Below, one piece after another: positions 24,901 to 28,346 of a stretch of 31,256 nt of DNA (position 1 is the first letter of the stretch; every line of letters starts with the position of its first letter). The translations under genes were made by a program, and so were the position numbers. Under the pieces are notes generated by a model. The model was not told where the DNA came from. It was given only the letters and a program-made list of their open reading frames with translations, and searched no databases. The DNA is from an uncultured Clostridia bacterium (GTDB lineage Bacteria; Bacillota; Clostridia; Christensenellales; Borkfalkiaceae). The stretch spans positions 1 to 31,256 of the forward strand of contig CAMAHZ010000001.1 of assembly GCA_945834965.1 (NCBI GenBank), given 5' to 3'.

Positions 24901-27900
24901 TCCCGACTATACTCTCGTCGGCAGCTTAACGTCCGGCACGATATTCACGATAGGTAAAAAGGATATCGTCCTTGACCTGTTGACCACAAGGGTAAATATA
25001 GGTATTCCTACCCAACTGCAAATCAAGGGTAACGACGGCGACGCACCTTTGAACTATTCGATTGAAAACACGTCGGGTCAGGCGACTATCGACGCAGACG
25101 GCTTGTTTACACCTGAAAAGATGGGTTCGGTAATGGTTACCGTATCCGCTGAAGAGAGTGAAAACTATCTTGCAGGTTCAGTTACTAAGCTCGTTATAAT
25201 CGACAGAAGCTCACTTACCCTTACGATGGAAAACACCACCGTTAAGTACGGCGAGACCCTGCTTCTTGAAGTTGAAGGCAACGTTGAAAACAGCCCTATA
25301 CTGTATTCAGTTATCGACTCTACAGGTTCTGCAATCGTCATCGGCGGCGATACGCTTAAACCCTTAAGGGCAGGTACCGTTATAGTCAGGGTAAACATTG
25401 CCGAAACGACTAACTTTGCGGCAACCGAAGTTGAATTTGAAATAACCATAACGCCTATAAAGGTCGAACTCGTTTGGGGTAACTTTGAATTTACATACGA
25501 CGGTATCAACAGGTTTGCACCTACGGCTAAAGTCTCCAGCGGACTTATTAACGGCGAAACGTGCAACGTACTCGTACTCGGCAGTCAGCTTGACGCAGGC
25601 GAATACGATACGGCTTATGCGGCTTCGCTCGATAATCCTAACTACACGTTAGAAGGTGCAAACGTAAGAGCGCCTAAGTTCGTCATCAAAAAGGCTGACC
25701 CCGTAATCATATTCAAGACTACGGCGGTAACGATAAACGTTCCCACCAAGCTTGAAATCGAAGGCAATATGGAATTCGGTTCAATCGAATTTACTATGGG
25801 TACCGTCGGTCCCGAAGTAACGCCTATAGGCGAAGCGACGATAAGCGGCGGCGTATTAACGGGTACAAAGCTCGGTTACGTACATATTATCGCAACCGTA
25901 ATGCCCACCGAAAACTATAACGGCGGCAGCGTCGAGTGCGATATTCTGGTTGAAAAACCTGAAGCGCCCGTCGACTTAGAGATTACCGAAGTAACCTACG
26001 GCGACACGTTAGAACTCAACGTAATTATCGACACCGACGAAATAGGCGGATACTTGTTGTCGGTTGAAAGAATAGACGGCAACACGGGCAACGCTTCGTT
26101 AAGCGACAATACCTTAACGGGTCTTGCTGCGGGTGAAGTTTACGTAGTGATTTCAACTACGGAAACCGAATCCTACAAGGCTACGAATAAAAAGATATTA
26201 GTAACGGTTAAGCCTATCGTTGTAATCGTTGAGTGGACAGACACCGAATTTGACTACGACGGTACGGAAAAGACGCCTACGGCGACGATAACCAACTTAA
26301 TCGGCTCCGACGTTTGCTCGCCCGTCGTTTCAGGTCAGATTAACGCAGGCGAAGGGCTTGTGGCAACGCTCACCGATACGGGCAACCCCAACTACACGGT
26401 AGAAGGTTCGGATACGGCGGCAACGACGTTCACGATAAGACCGAGAGTGGTTACTCTTGAATGGGATTTGACCACGACGTTGACCTATAACGGTTACGAG
26501 CAGGCGCCTAAAGCAACAGTCTCGAATCTCGTTGACGGCGACAAGGTAGAAGTGACCGTAAGCGGCGGAACAGACGCAGGCACGAATACGGCGACGGCAA
26601 CGGCTTTGGATAACGCCAACTACACGTTGGAAGGCGCAGAAATCACCACCGACTACGTAATTGAACAGTACGAAGTATACATTGCTTGGGGTGAATTAAC
26701 TCTCGTCTACAACGGCAGCAAGCAGGCGCCCGAAGCAACGGCGATAGGCACGCTCAACGGCGATATCGTAAAGGCGAACGTAACGGGTAACGGTAAGGAC
26801 GCAAGGACTGCTTCTTACACCGCGCAAGTAAATTCGCTTAACAATGCCAACTATAAAGCGAAAGCGCCCGACGAGAACGCGCCTACAGACGCAGAAGCAG
26901 GTCCCGTAGCCGGCAACTTAAAGACCGATTACTACATCACGGCGGCAAAGATAACCTTCTTGTCGGCGCAGTACGAAGTAACCTACAACGGCGAAGCACA
27001 GAACCCTGTAATTGAAATTGATTACCTTAACGCAACGGATAAACTTACTTGGGCATTCGAAGGCGGCAATAAGACGAACGTCGGCGAGTACGAAGTTAAG
27101 CTTAAGATTACGGGCGGCGACGGCGAATCAATGAACAACTACTATCTTGCCGAAGAAGACGCAACCAAGACGTTCAAAATCGTTCCTAAGACGGTAAAAA
27201 TCAAGGTTACGACGATTGACAAGACGGCTGAATACACGGGTTCGGCGGTAAGCATTTCCGACTGGTACACTCTCAACTGTGACGAGTTTGTCGGCGCAGA
27301 AAAAGACATGACCGTATTAGAAGTGTTTGCAATGAACACCTTAAAGCTCACGCCGCAGTACGAAGTGGACGGCGAATTAACTCAATCTGTCGGCTTGCGC
27401 GGCAAGTACAAGATTGTGCCTATACTTCCCGGCGAAGGCAGTTTGAAGGGCAGTGCGAACTACGTTGCGGAATTAGTTGTCGACGAAGACAACTACGGTA
27501 TGTTAACCATATCGGGCGGCGACGCGCTCAAGCTCGCAGCAGATTCAACGTTTGATTTCATCTATGAAGAAGTCAAGGACGGTAAGTATCCTGAAATTCG
27601 CCGTAAGACCTATACCGAAAAGGGTTGGGTACATGGTAAGGACGATACCGACTTCGATAGAGTCGTACTCGGTAATATAGGACAGTTTACATCCGTAGGT
27701 ACGTTATTGAATAACATTGATGCGGACCAACTCGATTATATCCGTGTTTACAGTAATAAGGGCGTACTAATCTATAATTGCGGTAAACCTGCGGAAGGTA
27801 TATCGGAAGAAGAATTGTACGATACCGGACTTTACTCGGTAGGTACAGGTTGGCGTGTTCTCTACGGTCAAGAAGAAGATATGGCAGACGTAGTATATAT

Positions 27901-28111
27901 CTCAGTCCTTGGCGACCTTAACGGCGACGGTGCGGTAACAGCAGCCGACATAACGGCTATAGGTAACTATATTAGAGAAGTCGATATGTTTGAAGACGTA
28001 GAAAGAAGACTTGCAGCTATGCTTAAAAACAGCGGTCGAATTAACGCCGCAGACATATCGTCGTTAGGTTTAATTATCAGGGGCGTAAGGGATACAGAAA
28101 GCTTCTTCTAA
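3974..28111 (+). CDS. Giant (8045 aa) secreted adhesin-like repeat protein: beta-helix modules + Ig/MBG stalk + C-terminal X-module/dockerin-like domain
   Basis: Uninterrupted 24,138-nt ORF. N-terminal basic region plus h-region (LWRIALSCVLFIILAASTVLGFVGLGG) and a possible AYA|A cleavage site. 14 modules carry 'NW..A / DW.A / GAL.VP / LDLNG.TIDR / GYVI / ITGG' motifs; ~34 Ig-type repeats follow; C-terminal GDLNGDGAVTAADITAIGNYI. No catalytic motif recognised. Confidence 0.9.
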   Translation: MKNKKLHKVNQSNQVDAGFTHGETIRADIRRKKLWRIALSCVLFIILAASTVLGFVGLGGKSPLNDSSIDQSNDVAYAADEIYYNTTLNSSYPARTAQYSDSYYASKWRTAVNNSGTFTLDNGDWVATPKAGEEHPIISHYYYNSSNYTYASRYFDGIFRTEFGRDWTEVDIDSNGTIEKQFVNTRNSNQANSYNAAFYNDFDIASSGDYFGLSKNYSGALFVPKGKKVTINLNGRKIDRNLVTAPTGFDDNGKITGGGLGRSMYNGYVIRVEGELVITGTGAITGGWSESAASGIYVTNGGKLTITGDVDLSGNYGGSPIYADGTASEYSTVTIDGSAITDGFDFTGICAYEKQENGTYTGKPSVTTTYNYKTRVNNQYTWADTSNYSVSSCAVQVSSYVKLNMTKCNITNNSGAYGAIYATSYCDVVLNDVNITDNYGSSCGGIYISDHSTLTPTNVKINNNTAGSYGALYISGGSGYDTIVDFGAGCEIKNNTATSGTGGGYATSYVTLSFTGCTISDNTGYTVGGICVGSYSTLNMTDASLTNCKSTYPRDYGYVGGVNVNTNSTFNFTNSTISDCSGLVGGVTVYNSSRFNFISGTITKNKSVGTGASGSAVGGVYVGSSYCVMTMGTNDTDSSDDDDCIISYNEGPVGGVSITSYSTFNFEGGQVVGNKNTVISSSYVNVGGIYCETSNMNMSGNALVSLNKGIVGGISFYGVSSNDWGFLKIDGGRITQNTSLANSTNNIPDYAVGGIYLLYYSKTTMNGGEITNNVGRLAGVCNVNSSSFTMNGGKISRNRCNYSYDLNSVAGVYNDSTFIMNGGEISHNYAQNDDKSEMQYGSGGMVNRGTFTMNGGTISNNVGLGKVRGAGGIGSSDGSGNIYLRGGKIVNNIGYISGGIFKCYNSGLYVQGNPVVKNNYYVEETSYDNYSTATKYPNDIDLHCGRIFPQYENSPTFNYRNNLIAVDGMLNSGAELYVVKYPDNYRTDAQGCITSGYGTYNSLYHPNTFFHPSQSDLFTTDKRTNSSGGIEASLYSYVDAQNWSDAVRNSSTANPLTVTLYHDWTATDCTYVAYNSYNKRRFRAMFNYETESSNNGFHNGALHVPAGYSVILDLNGHTIDRDLSETLNNNIGYVIYNLGTLEVTDSSSGGNGKITGGYNTYTGPSEYNAYGTGGGVLTGGNATFTLSGGNITGNVANYGGGIFNHYGTVNIFGGKISDNRAVGLTENASDLSGSGGGIFHYNYRNSAATLNLMGGVISGNSAKRGGGVEHFSYDEGSGQTLKTYLTGDASIVNNTATISGGGIDVYRLNTYFAMGEHPIVESNTLNGNPDDIHLPSTSIAGTPNVDNGLITIVSTLDGSKSKKYGIYRDIGYTFTVDFKVNNPSDSPADYFEAQKDGYYVSTDSDGNGQLISNHGNDNWFSAVTMSKIFAAKKYTVKLTENWEAVDNATTDFATSLHGNETVDKSTSTANPYCYGAMNVPTGTSIILDLNGYTIDRILARGVGGTKYGYVISMHGGTLSIRDTSEDGNGKITGGWVDNAFNTYYGGGISMFNDADRLDIRGGSITGNKSTGVYNNTSPVGVGGVAVWATKAQLTMVGGSINGNLGSFAGGIGFNVLTANTFNLGGSAKVYDNFKGDRETDFGGGEPNDVYNPAATSGTTVAQMQDTKNFKITIVSKFNDDAHIGICRPDVNNSLLAETNGNVFTTSYAQYNVDASGNVIDPTKYFFPSDSNRSHIKTYAPQTGANKGAVEVTIWNVDLEMNWSNAIAANVNALTGSPITVKLEHDWIADDNGSLGKGTGFSTNGALEMGQSNIILDLNGYTIDRRLYSLGKKLANGYVIQMSGTCRLEIIDSSAAKTGKIMGGYTTTTGQAGGINIISANAYLTINGGTITENKGYDGGVATYVESSYKTTNYFAMGGSALVVGNKDFYGKTKNINLRAKYNQYITLLSALTKGGMDGEQSGVYKESSSDFTKNFGVYHSDESPVHYFTADSGDNYVIESPTGEAALYTMDNYSNWLFAVNESVATGYERTVMLVSDWEAPEGMFGKSASDNLAFHNGGALRVPGGAKIILDLHGYKLDRNLEFYEDYGYVIYVDGKLTVRDTYDGDDRYGSITGGKNKLSDSYAYYSGGGINVCGGNLFMEGGVVEGNSSMGRSDYSTGGLYVSGSNAHIYMTGGIVRNNYGEYAGGINVPNASSVYLGGSAQVYNNRLNTSKQVDIRPISDSIGNKVQIYSAFTSDANIGVSYIGNNYFANLSQNIFTTNFNNLNPGVDPSTVFHYADPLAYKVISLPSANNTGLEAAVECIDNEQNWRQAVAASTATVKKTVTLTRDWVAYDYETFKTAFGVDGSAYSYGAIYLPTNKSIILDLNGYTIDRNLTSKDARTNGMVFLVNGNLEITDSSSSQSGKITGGNSTDTAGGIKYTNSSGSNGSLKLTGGTITGNVGTQGGVEVCWTSNVAAPLYMGGSALVTGNKDIKNHDSDIYGTSAVQMIEIVSPLTAAGKTGFQRPGVGDFSINFVKYMRSADPAEYFTSTDPMYVYKYETGEAGLYTNDNAMNWEYAIRASVEGNKKQIIFKLVSDWTAESGMFGTDSNNTAYTNDNGDGKGGLNIPANADIIVDLNGYTLDRGLDAAISEGYIFRIYGFLTVRDTSKEGNGIITGGFNSYNSNQYAAQSSVFYVHSGAKLNIEGGTITGNHATGAVSSVITTNYANAPITITGGKIMGNYGGDLNSDNGAGAIFVRHSNTVNLGGSPIILDNKHNRGYDCDVRFENTGIYVQIIGSFTSKAKIGVAPNTQVNNWATTTGGVQFTYNYSSHHAAADYPDRYFVGRWMQSHSITRVTTTSGAEGAFWCTENYTNWINAVNASSMAKPIKFELSEDWIADPHLTYTTSFHPTDTSCYTYGTINLPANRSIVLDLKGYTIDRNLVNATDNGYVINVLGRLEIIDSSNKHTGVITGGYNTLGGGGIVVQSGGTLCIKGGTITGNTGKIDGSGVYIMDNGHVEIGGYAQVNDNYNADGADSNVYLNKADEKIKIVSDLFGKELIGVSRPSNGYVTEGFQENMYGYSPLDYFVSEHKNYYGIESGDGELFFLSPDNNTNWQYAVAESLRTGKTQTVRLTEDWFASEDSTYTTVFGTGTGYYNGALYVPAGAYIELDLAGYTVNRNLNKPVRYGSVMTVLGSLSVVDSSEEGTGTITGGSLLQVDTHFQAAGVHVGSKARFELLGGTIGAVVDEESSGDFVINRESTNGATNVASGVYVVNSGTFVLKNAKVVGNVSGNAGVYLENGAIFTVGGDAVVENNANSAGQNKDIVFNNYTSVINVDSKLTSGAHLGVYRTVNNYDTRSFGGSVITSSFGRYNTDAVTNYFFSSDPTHGIIEYTGVGSREAALFCYDNATNWKNATNASYSTRTEMTVKLYSNWTADEDNVNTTFGTDGVAYYYGALRVYPNVQIVLDLNNYMLDRGLTALNVQSTNNTGYVIYVDGGGSLTITDTSLGGAGLITGGFNTGDNIDAANFASGVHVCSGGKLTMDGGNIEGNKGVGLYLAGNNLFSLGGKSSVINNKFRAGASANIFLNDVTQLINVVSEFDENSRFGVIRTKGSTNFGSGTLTKNYSRYNKSVEPSTYFVSDNDKYNVIDEGFFDDESMEAALIGKDNYTNWAYAVKTSLANGGRAQVCTLFEDWTAEQHKDFTTTFDSANSGVAGFYRGALYVPAGCHVILDLNGYTIDRALTAAQADGQVIWIRSGTLVIRDSSAEQTGKIIGGYSNGTSNYGYGSGAAGGIAVYTGTLSIEGGTITGNKMSHSTAYAGGVYLSGGSTFNMTGGKITENYGAFTGGVCAYDNATVNFGGSPYISGNNLINEFGATLDTERNLYFTSDTNLIAISNFINDDAKVGISVNPYSISANGRFITSGWQDLNNDKKVTDVFYSDSVKQYALSDYNQDDRHDGMLFCRDNQVNWQKTVQASINEGKQKTFVLYENWKASPSGSVTSFGSGTGYYGGALCVPSNASIILDLNGHTIDRGLYDHATYYDYGWVIFVQGALKVIDSTAKYDKNGNIVQGIIKGGYVYDGGAIHQDWYGSVDVEAGFFTENKAIRHGGAIFVYRSYVNNSVGVTIGGTALFDKNYRVSGNDMYRDDIGFYYSDHILKIGSEMSTGAIEDRNSIYVRRDRIGTFTSGWGKYNPTVKPEMRFKSAISTYRIGSSGAGALKEATMLSNNNNDNWVFAINNSRSASGAPELFTLISDWTADNYNVGSYNTRFGSDGNAYRNGALLVPADANIVLDLNGFTLDRNHALNLDSQYSIYNAVIIVEGTLQIIDSSVTNQGTIKGGSYGVFLNSAKASVTIGGLLITEDTVLTGNEVNIYGNDKYGGNISGNSLYGVYVNGGTFTATGGKVTGNTASDVFVSKTNSTINVGENAYIYTENRKVGSGLRLESSLAMINIISTLSEDAKIGYMRQGVGRLTNGWGLYNGNDTDPFETVFVSEEPDKYKSYTDMFDDYKEITVSSYDNGINWQFAVDKSLATGEAQQFILYECWTAAEHETYTTAFGTGTAYRNGALYVPEGANVVLNLNGHKLNRNLTSAIQNGMVIFVEGTLTIIDDQSVSDYNAECCELVDGKRPEGQITGGNNSTGSSAAAIYVGQTGSLTLAAGQIVGNKATSESSSSGAIFTAGTFEMSGGAISGNSGYGAGAVYVSNSGTFNFSSGVITENKAESGGGAVYTSGKMNMTGGSIDSNQGLIGGVYVASGGQLTMEDNAYITNNIGSSAGAVFVNNGSTTFFKMNGGCINDNSAVSAGAVYAAGVVEISGGEIKGNTASGTTLNDGGGAIYVSGTGNVTVTGGEITGNTGENGIRVHASGTIGVGGSARIYENIARNKTNVGGADVEANDYCDIYLTVGTRMVNVVSEFNDDAKVGVYRLGAGTFTSGYGMYNADMPAKYFVSNRSIYSVSLSVADDATDCEASVGVAVDPEPHAFDTPYEYSGDWENIIVDIDTDMVNIGTLDEGVRVYENPITGAISIQAVNAGTYAVSFTLKDNHCWLDGTVTEKIIIGKIAPKTVVLEWEPELHDGESCVYDGVTTHGPVVKVADSSLCTNVLTGELDTCEVAVSGRQITASPAGGHTATAVGLSNVNYKLGVVGNEYKYVVEKAERPQFQIVSYEAFYKTPTEMVVEGNLENGAVTFSLDEASQAYATVDPATGELTINKYSKTVDTYATLIAVAAETANYKESTATKQILCVPGELKTVISPVEMVYGDTATLELENYDSSEMGAVTWSISNGDDGGRASMSGNQITALNIGTINVTAQVAASSFYKASTIKGTITIKRRPITIDWGESLSVEYTGEPQTLATPSYEGVLTNDTAMFRLNVYKAGYAGWEEAKVAPTWTNAGKYDVGVLPSNSNYELANAEDCFRIFEIRKAVLNLRFTSDTAYYDTPFYPEVEGNVGGGVLTISLTGYSEEFNAEGTYKYDAANKLYTAWALGTLKFTANVKATDNYESASLTGSYKIIKAEMPLKVEPLTLTYGDSKVQLTAHYFEPSGEKVDVTDKVTFELIEGADLADLATENGLYLVNANGAGTIKVKAYTTEAIGNYVPTEIEVEIEIKPKEIGNVGGGNPDDPDDPSGGGGGGTEIDPGDNPSVAIPRVKWTYADKYIYNGDIQQPEATLMGATDICSIVGIETYTLDGVKVDAIGVGTYKVRVLLDNPNFILGESSYGEFTIEPLPVVLTWADTEFVYNAQEQAPTATVSNIKGDDVCNVTVLGTKNAGDNLNAVATGLDNPNYTLVDGENLTTVFFIDPYEIEVEWGETELVYTGLAQAPTAKATGLFDGDSCSVIITGAEINVNDPADPYLATATGLTNSNYTLGDKKPATQYNINSADLIIEFKQTEVVYGSPFTLEVTGNKSGAKVTFTLGDGAEKATLGSGNWFTPVDVGQVTVTASIAATGNYNAAEVTQVITISPRPIEILWSDLEFTYDGEEHNATAAVDNAVNGDLINLTLSAAQINAGEYTAQVLGLDNKKYTLEGGKDLYVGFTIKKRLVTVEWDNLEFIYNGKEQTPTATIGNLIGDDECSAIVRGAVDAANRHLAEIVTLSNPNYTVEGSDDATVRFNIKPKLVMLEWSNTTLTYDGTEQKPTATVTNLCEGDDCDVLVSGAQTNVGTYTATATGLSDTNYTLIFDEDEVAEADRPEIEKEFEIVKADITVVLTNSEVVFGSQITLSLLSNPENGEVTYVAEDGTGSAEITGQTLKGTKAGTVSVTVTVADTDNYNGGTETFEITVRKLAVAIEWTQESEFTYNGEVQTPTPTISNVVDGTTCNITEIKGESDAGNSKIASVVAIDNDNYTLEGGTNIIKTYVIKPLPVSGIVWDEKRDYPYNGERQGPKATAEGILEDDECEVLVSGYKINAGEYTAEITGLSNSNYSLDGISNLTADYKILVSKPTITITTTEIILGTREQIKISGNVGGGDVTYELIEGSDYGELSGDTLYGKRLGTVTIRVSVGATANTDAATVEGDIQIIKGKAPLSLVKTVVTYGSNLTLVADDDGGNLRDGEGNYLFGDVTYTILPMYDGKIATIEEGNILRPLSAGDLMLKMSVEENEYFDATEELISITVKARVVTLLWTVGEYTYNAQEQSPTAEVTNLVGDDECLVKVSTGKNAGDYTSRALELSNRNYTLEKAGNTEVAFTINPCLITLEWGDTELEYNGEEQIPDVTLVGLYENDECDVNLEVVEGEHYKVGDYTLRTDGLTNSNYYLESDTELPFSIVRADINPKIEPKTVTYSTSEELSILGNFDDAPYTMEVLKHESVGAGTLELVEGKYVFTATRTGTVKIKLEIEETDNCNAYSGVLEIEVTKAEREVDLITIEGVYGEDLTLEISGNEDDAGTVKYLVTDAEMASIEGNVLTPKHAGTVTVTIIVSETSNYKDEIRTVAQINISPRIVEISWKDTEFIYNGSEQAPEAEVSNLLEGDECGVTVVGGKVNAGTYSDARVYALDNPDYTLVGSLTSGTIFTIGKKDIVLDLLTTRVNIGIPTQLQIKGNDGDAPLNYSIENTSGQATIDADGLFTPEKMGSVMVTVSAEESENYLAGSVTKLVIIDRSSLTLTMENTTVKYGETLLLEVEGNVENSPILYSVIDSTGSAIVIGGDTLKPLRAGTVIVRVNIAETTNFAATEVEFEITITPIKVELVWGNFEFTYDGINRFAPTAKVSSGLINGETCNVLVLGSQLDAGEYDTAYAASLDNPNYTLEGANVRAPKFVIKKADPVIIFKTTAVTINVPTKLEIEGNMEFGSIEFTMGTVGPEVTPIGEATISGGVLTGTKLGYVHIIATVMPTENYNGGSVECDILVEKPEAPVDLEITEVTYGDTLELNVIIDTDEIGGYLLSVERIDGNTGNASLSDNTLTGLAAGEVYVVISTTETESYKATNKKILVTVKPIVVIVEWTDTEFDYDGTEKTPTATITNLIGSDVCSPVVSGQINAGEGLVATLTDTGNPNYTVEGSDTAATTFTIRPRVVTLEWDLTTTLTYNGYEQAPKATVSNLVDGDKVEVTVSGGTDAGTNTATATALDNANYTLEGAEITTDYVIEQYEVYIAWGELTLVYNGSKQAPEATAIGTLNGDIVKANVTGNGKDARTASYTAQVNSLNNANYKAKAPDENAPTDAEAGPVAGNLKTDYYITAAKITFLSAQYEVTYNGEAQNPVIEIDYLNATDKLTWAFEGGNKTNVGEYEVKLKITGGDGESMNNYYLAEEDATKTFKIVPKTVKIKVTTIDKTAEYTGSAVSISDWYTLNCDEFVGAEKDMTVLEVFAMNTLKLTPQYEVDGELTQSVGLRGKYKIVPILPGEGSLKGSANYVAELVVDEDNYGMLTISGGDALKLAADSTFDFIYEEVKDGKYPEIRRKTYTEKGWVHGKDDTDFDRVVLGNIGQFTSVGTLLNNIDADQLDYIRVYSNKGVLIYNCGKPAEGISEEELYDTGLYSVGTGWRVLYGQEEDMADVVYISVLGDLNGDGAVTAADITAIGNYIREVDMFEDVERRLAAMLKNSGRINAADISSLGLIIRGVRDTESFF
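4292..18830 (+). repeat. 14 tandem parallel-beta-helix-type modules
   Basis: Module starts (KW/NW codons) at 4292, 7097, 8225, 9254, 10016, 10898, 11636, 12536, 13256, 14147, 14927, 15821, 16610 and 17480. Each has a capping LDLNGxTIDR-like motif and GG[IV]...I..N rungs reminiscent of pectin-lyase-like/Pmp beta-helices. Each ends in 'P..YF.SD...Y...EA.L'. Confidence 0.8.
18840..27520 (+). repeat. Stalk of ~34 Ig-fold repeats of two kinds (~20 MBG-like, ~14 bacterial Ig-like)
   Basis: Type A: 'W...F.YNG.EQ.P.ATV.NL..DD.C.V.V.G..NAG.YTA....L.N.NYTL' (~75-80 aa). Type B: 'YG....L...GN...G.VT......G.A.I.G..L.....G.V.V......T.NY' (~82-90 aa). Counted by eye. Confidence 0.8.
27524..28108 (+). other. 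C-terminal X-module + dockerin-like domain of the giant protein
   Basis: Dockerin-type Ca-binding loop DLNGDGAVTAAD at 27914. The second repeat AAMLKNSGRINAADI is degenerate. The preceding ~130-aa module ends in 'VGTGW...VYISVL' and is paralogous to the ORF3 C-terminus. Confidence 0.75.
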
Positions 28112-28159
28112 TCTATTAAAAAACATATATCCGATAGGTGCATATTGTTAAGAGCAATC

Positions 28160-28188
28160 TTGACAATATGTGCCGTCGGGTGTATAAT
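28160..28188 (+). promoter_or_regulatory. Perfect-consensus sigmaA/sigma70 promoter P2 for ORF3 (and probably ORF4)
   Basis: TTGACA (28160-28165), 17-bp spacer, TATAAT (28183-28188). Confidence 0.9.
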
Positions 28189-28252
28189 TATGTTAAAATA
28201 TGGCAGGTATTGTAAAAATATCTCAATAAAAGGCAAAAATGCTTGCAAAATT

Positions 28253-28293
28253 GAAGGCGAGCTCGCCTTCGTTCCGTGTTTTTGACACGGAAC
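28253..28293. promoter_or_regulatory. 18-bp perfect palindrome directly followed by a 9-bp hairpin in the ORF3 leader
   Basis: GAAGGCGAG|CTCGCCTTC (28253-28270), then GTTCCGTGT-TTTTG-ACACGGAAC (28271-28293). Confidence 0.6.
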
Positions 28294-28346
28294 AGACAAA
28301 TCTTTAATAAGAAAGAAACAATAAGTTCACTTTAACGGAGGTGCTT

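Noticed and set aside
3974-28111. DGR target, RHS/RTX toxin, intein or cellulosomal enzyme
   Set aside because: No reverse transcriptase or TR/VR pair differing at adenines, no YD/RHS core, no GGxGxD nonapeptide runs, no intein ends and no GH catalytic motifs were seen. AAC richness reflects Asn in beta-helix rungs.
28112-28159. Terminator after the giant gene
   Set aside because: No GC-rich stem with a U-tract is visible, so read-through into ORF3 remains possible.
28108-28299. 63-aa minus-strand ORF in the ORF2-ORF3 gap
   Set aside because: It overlaps the perfect P2 promoter and leader hairpins, has no SD and shows no coding features.
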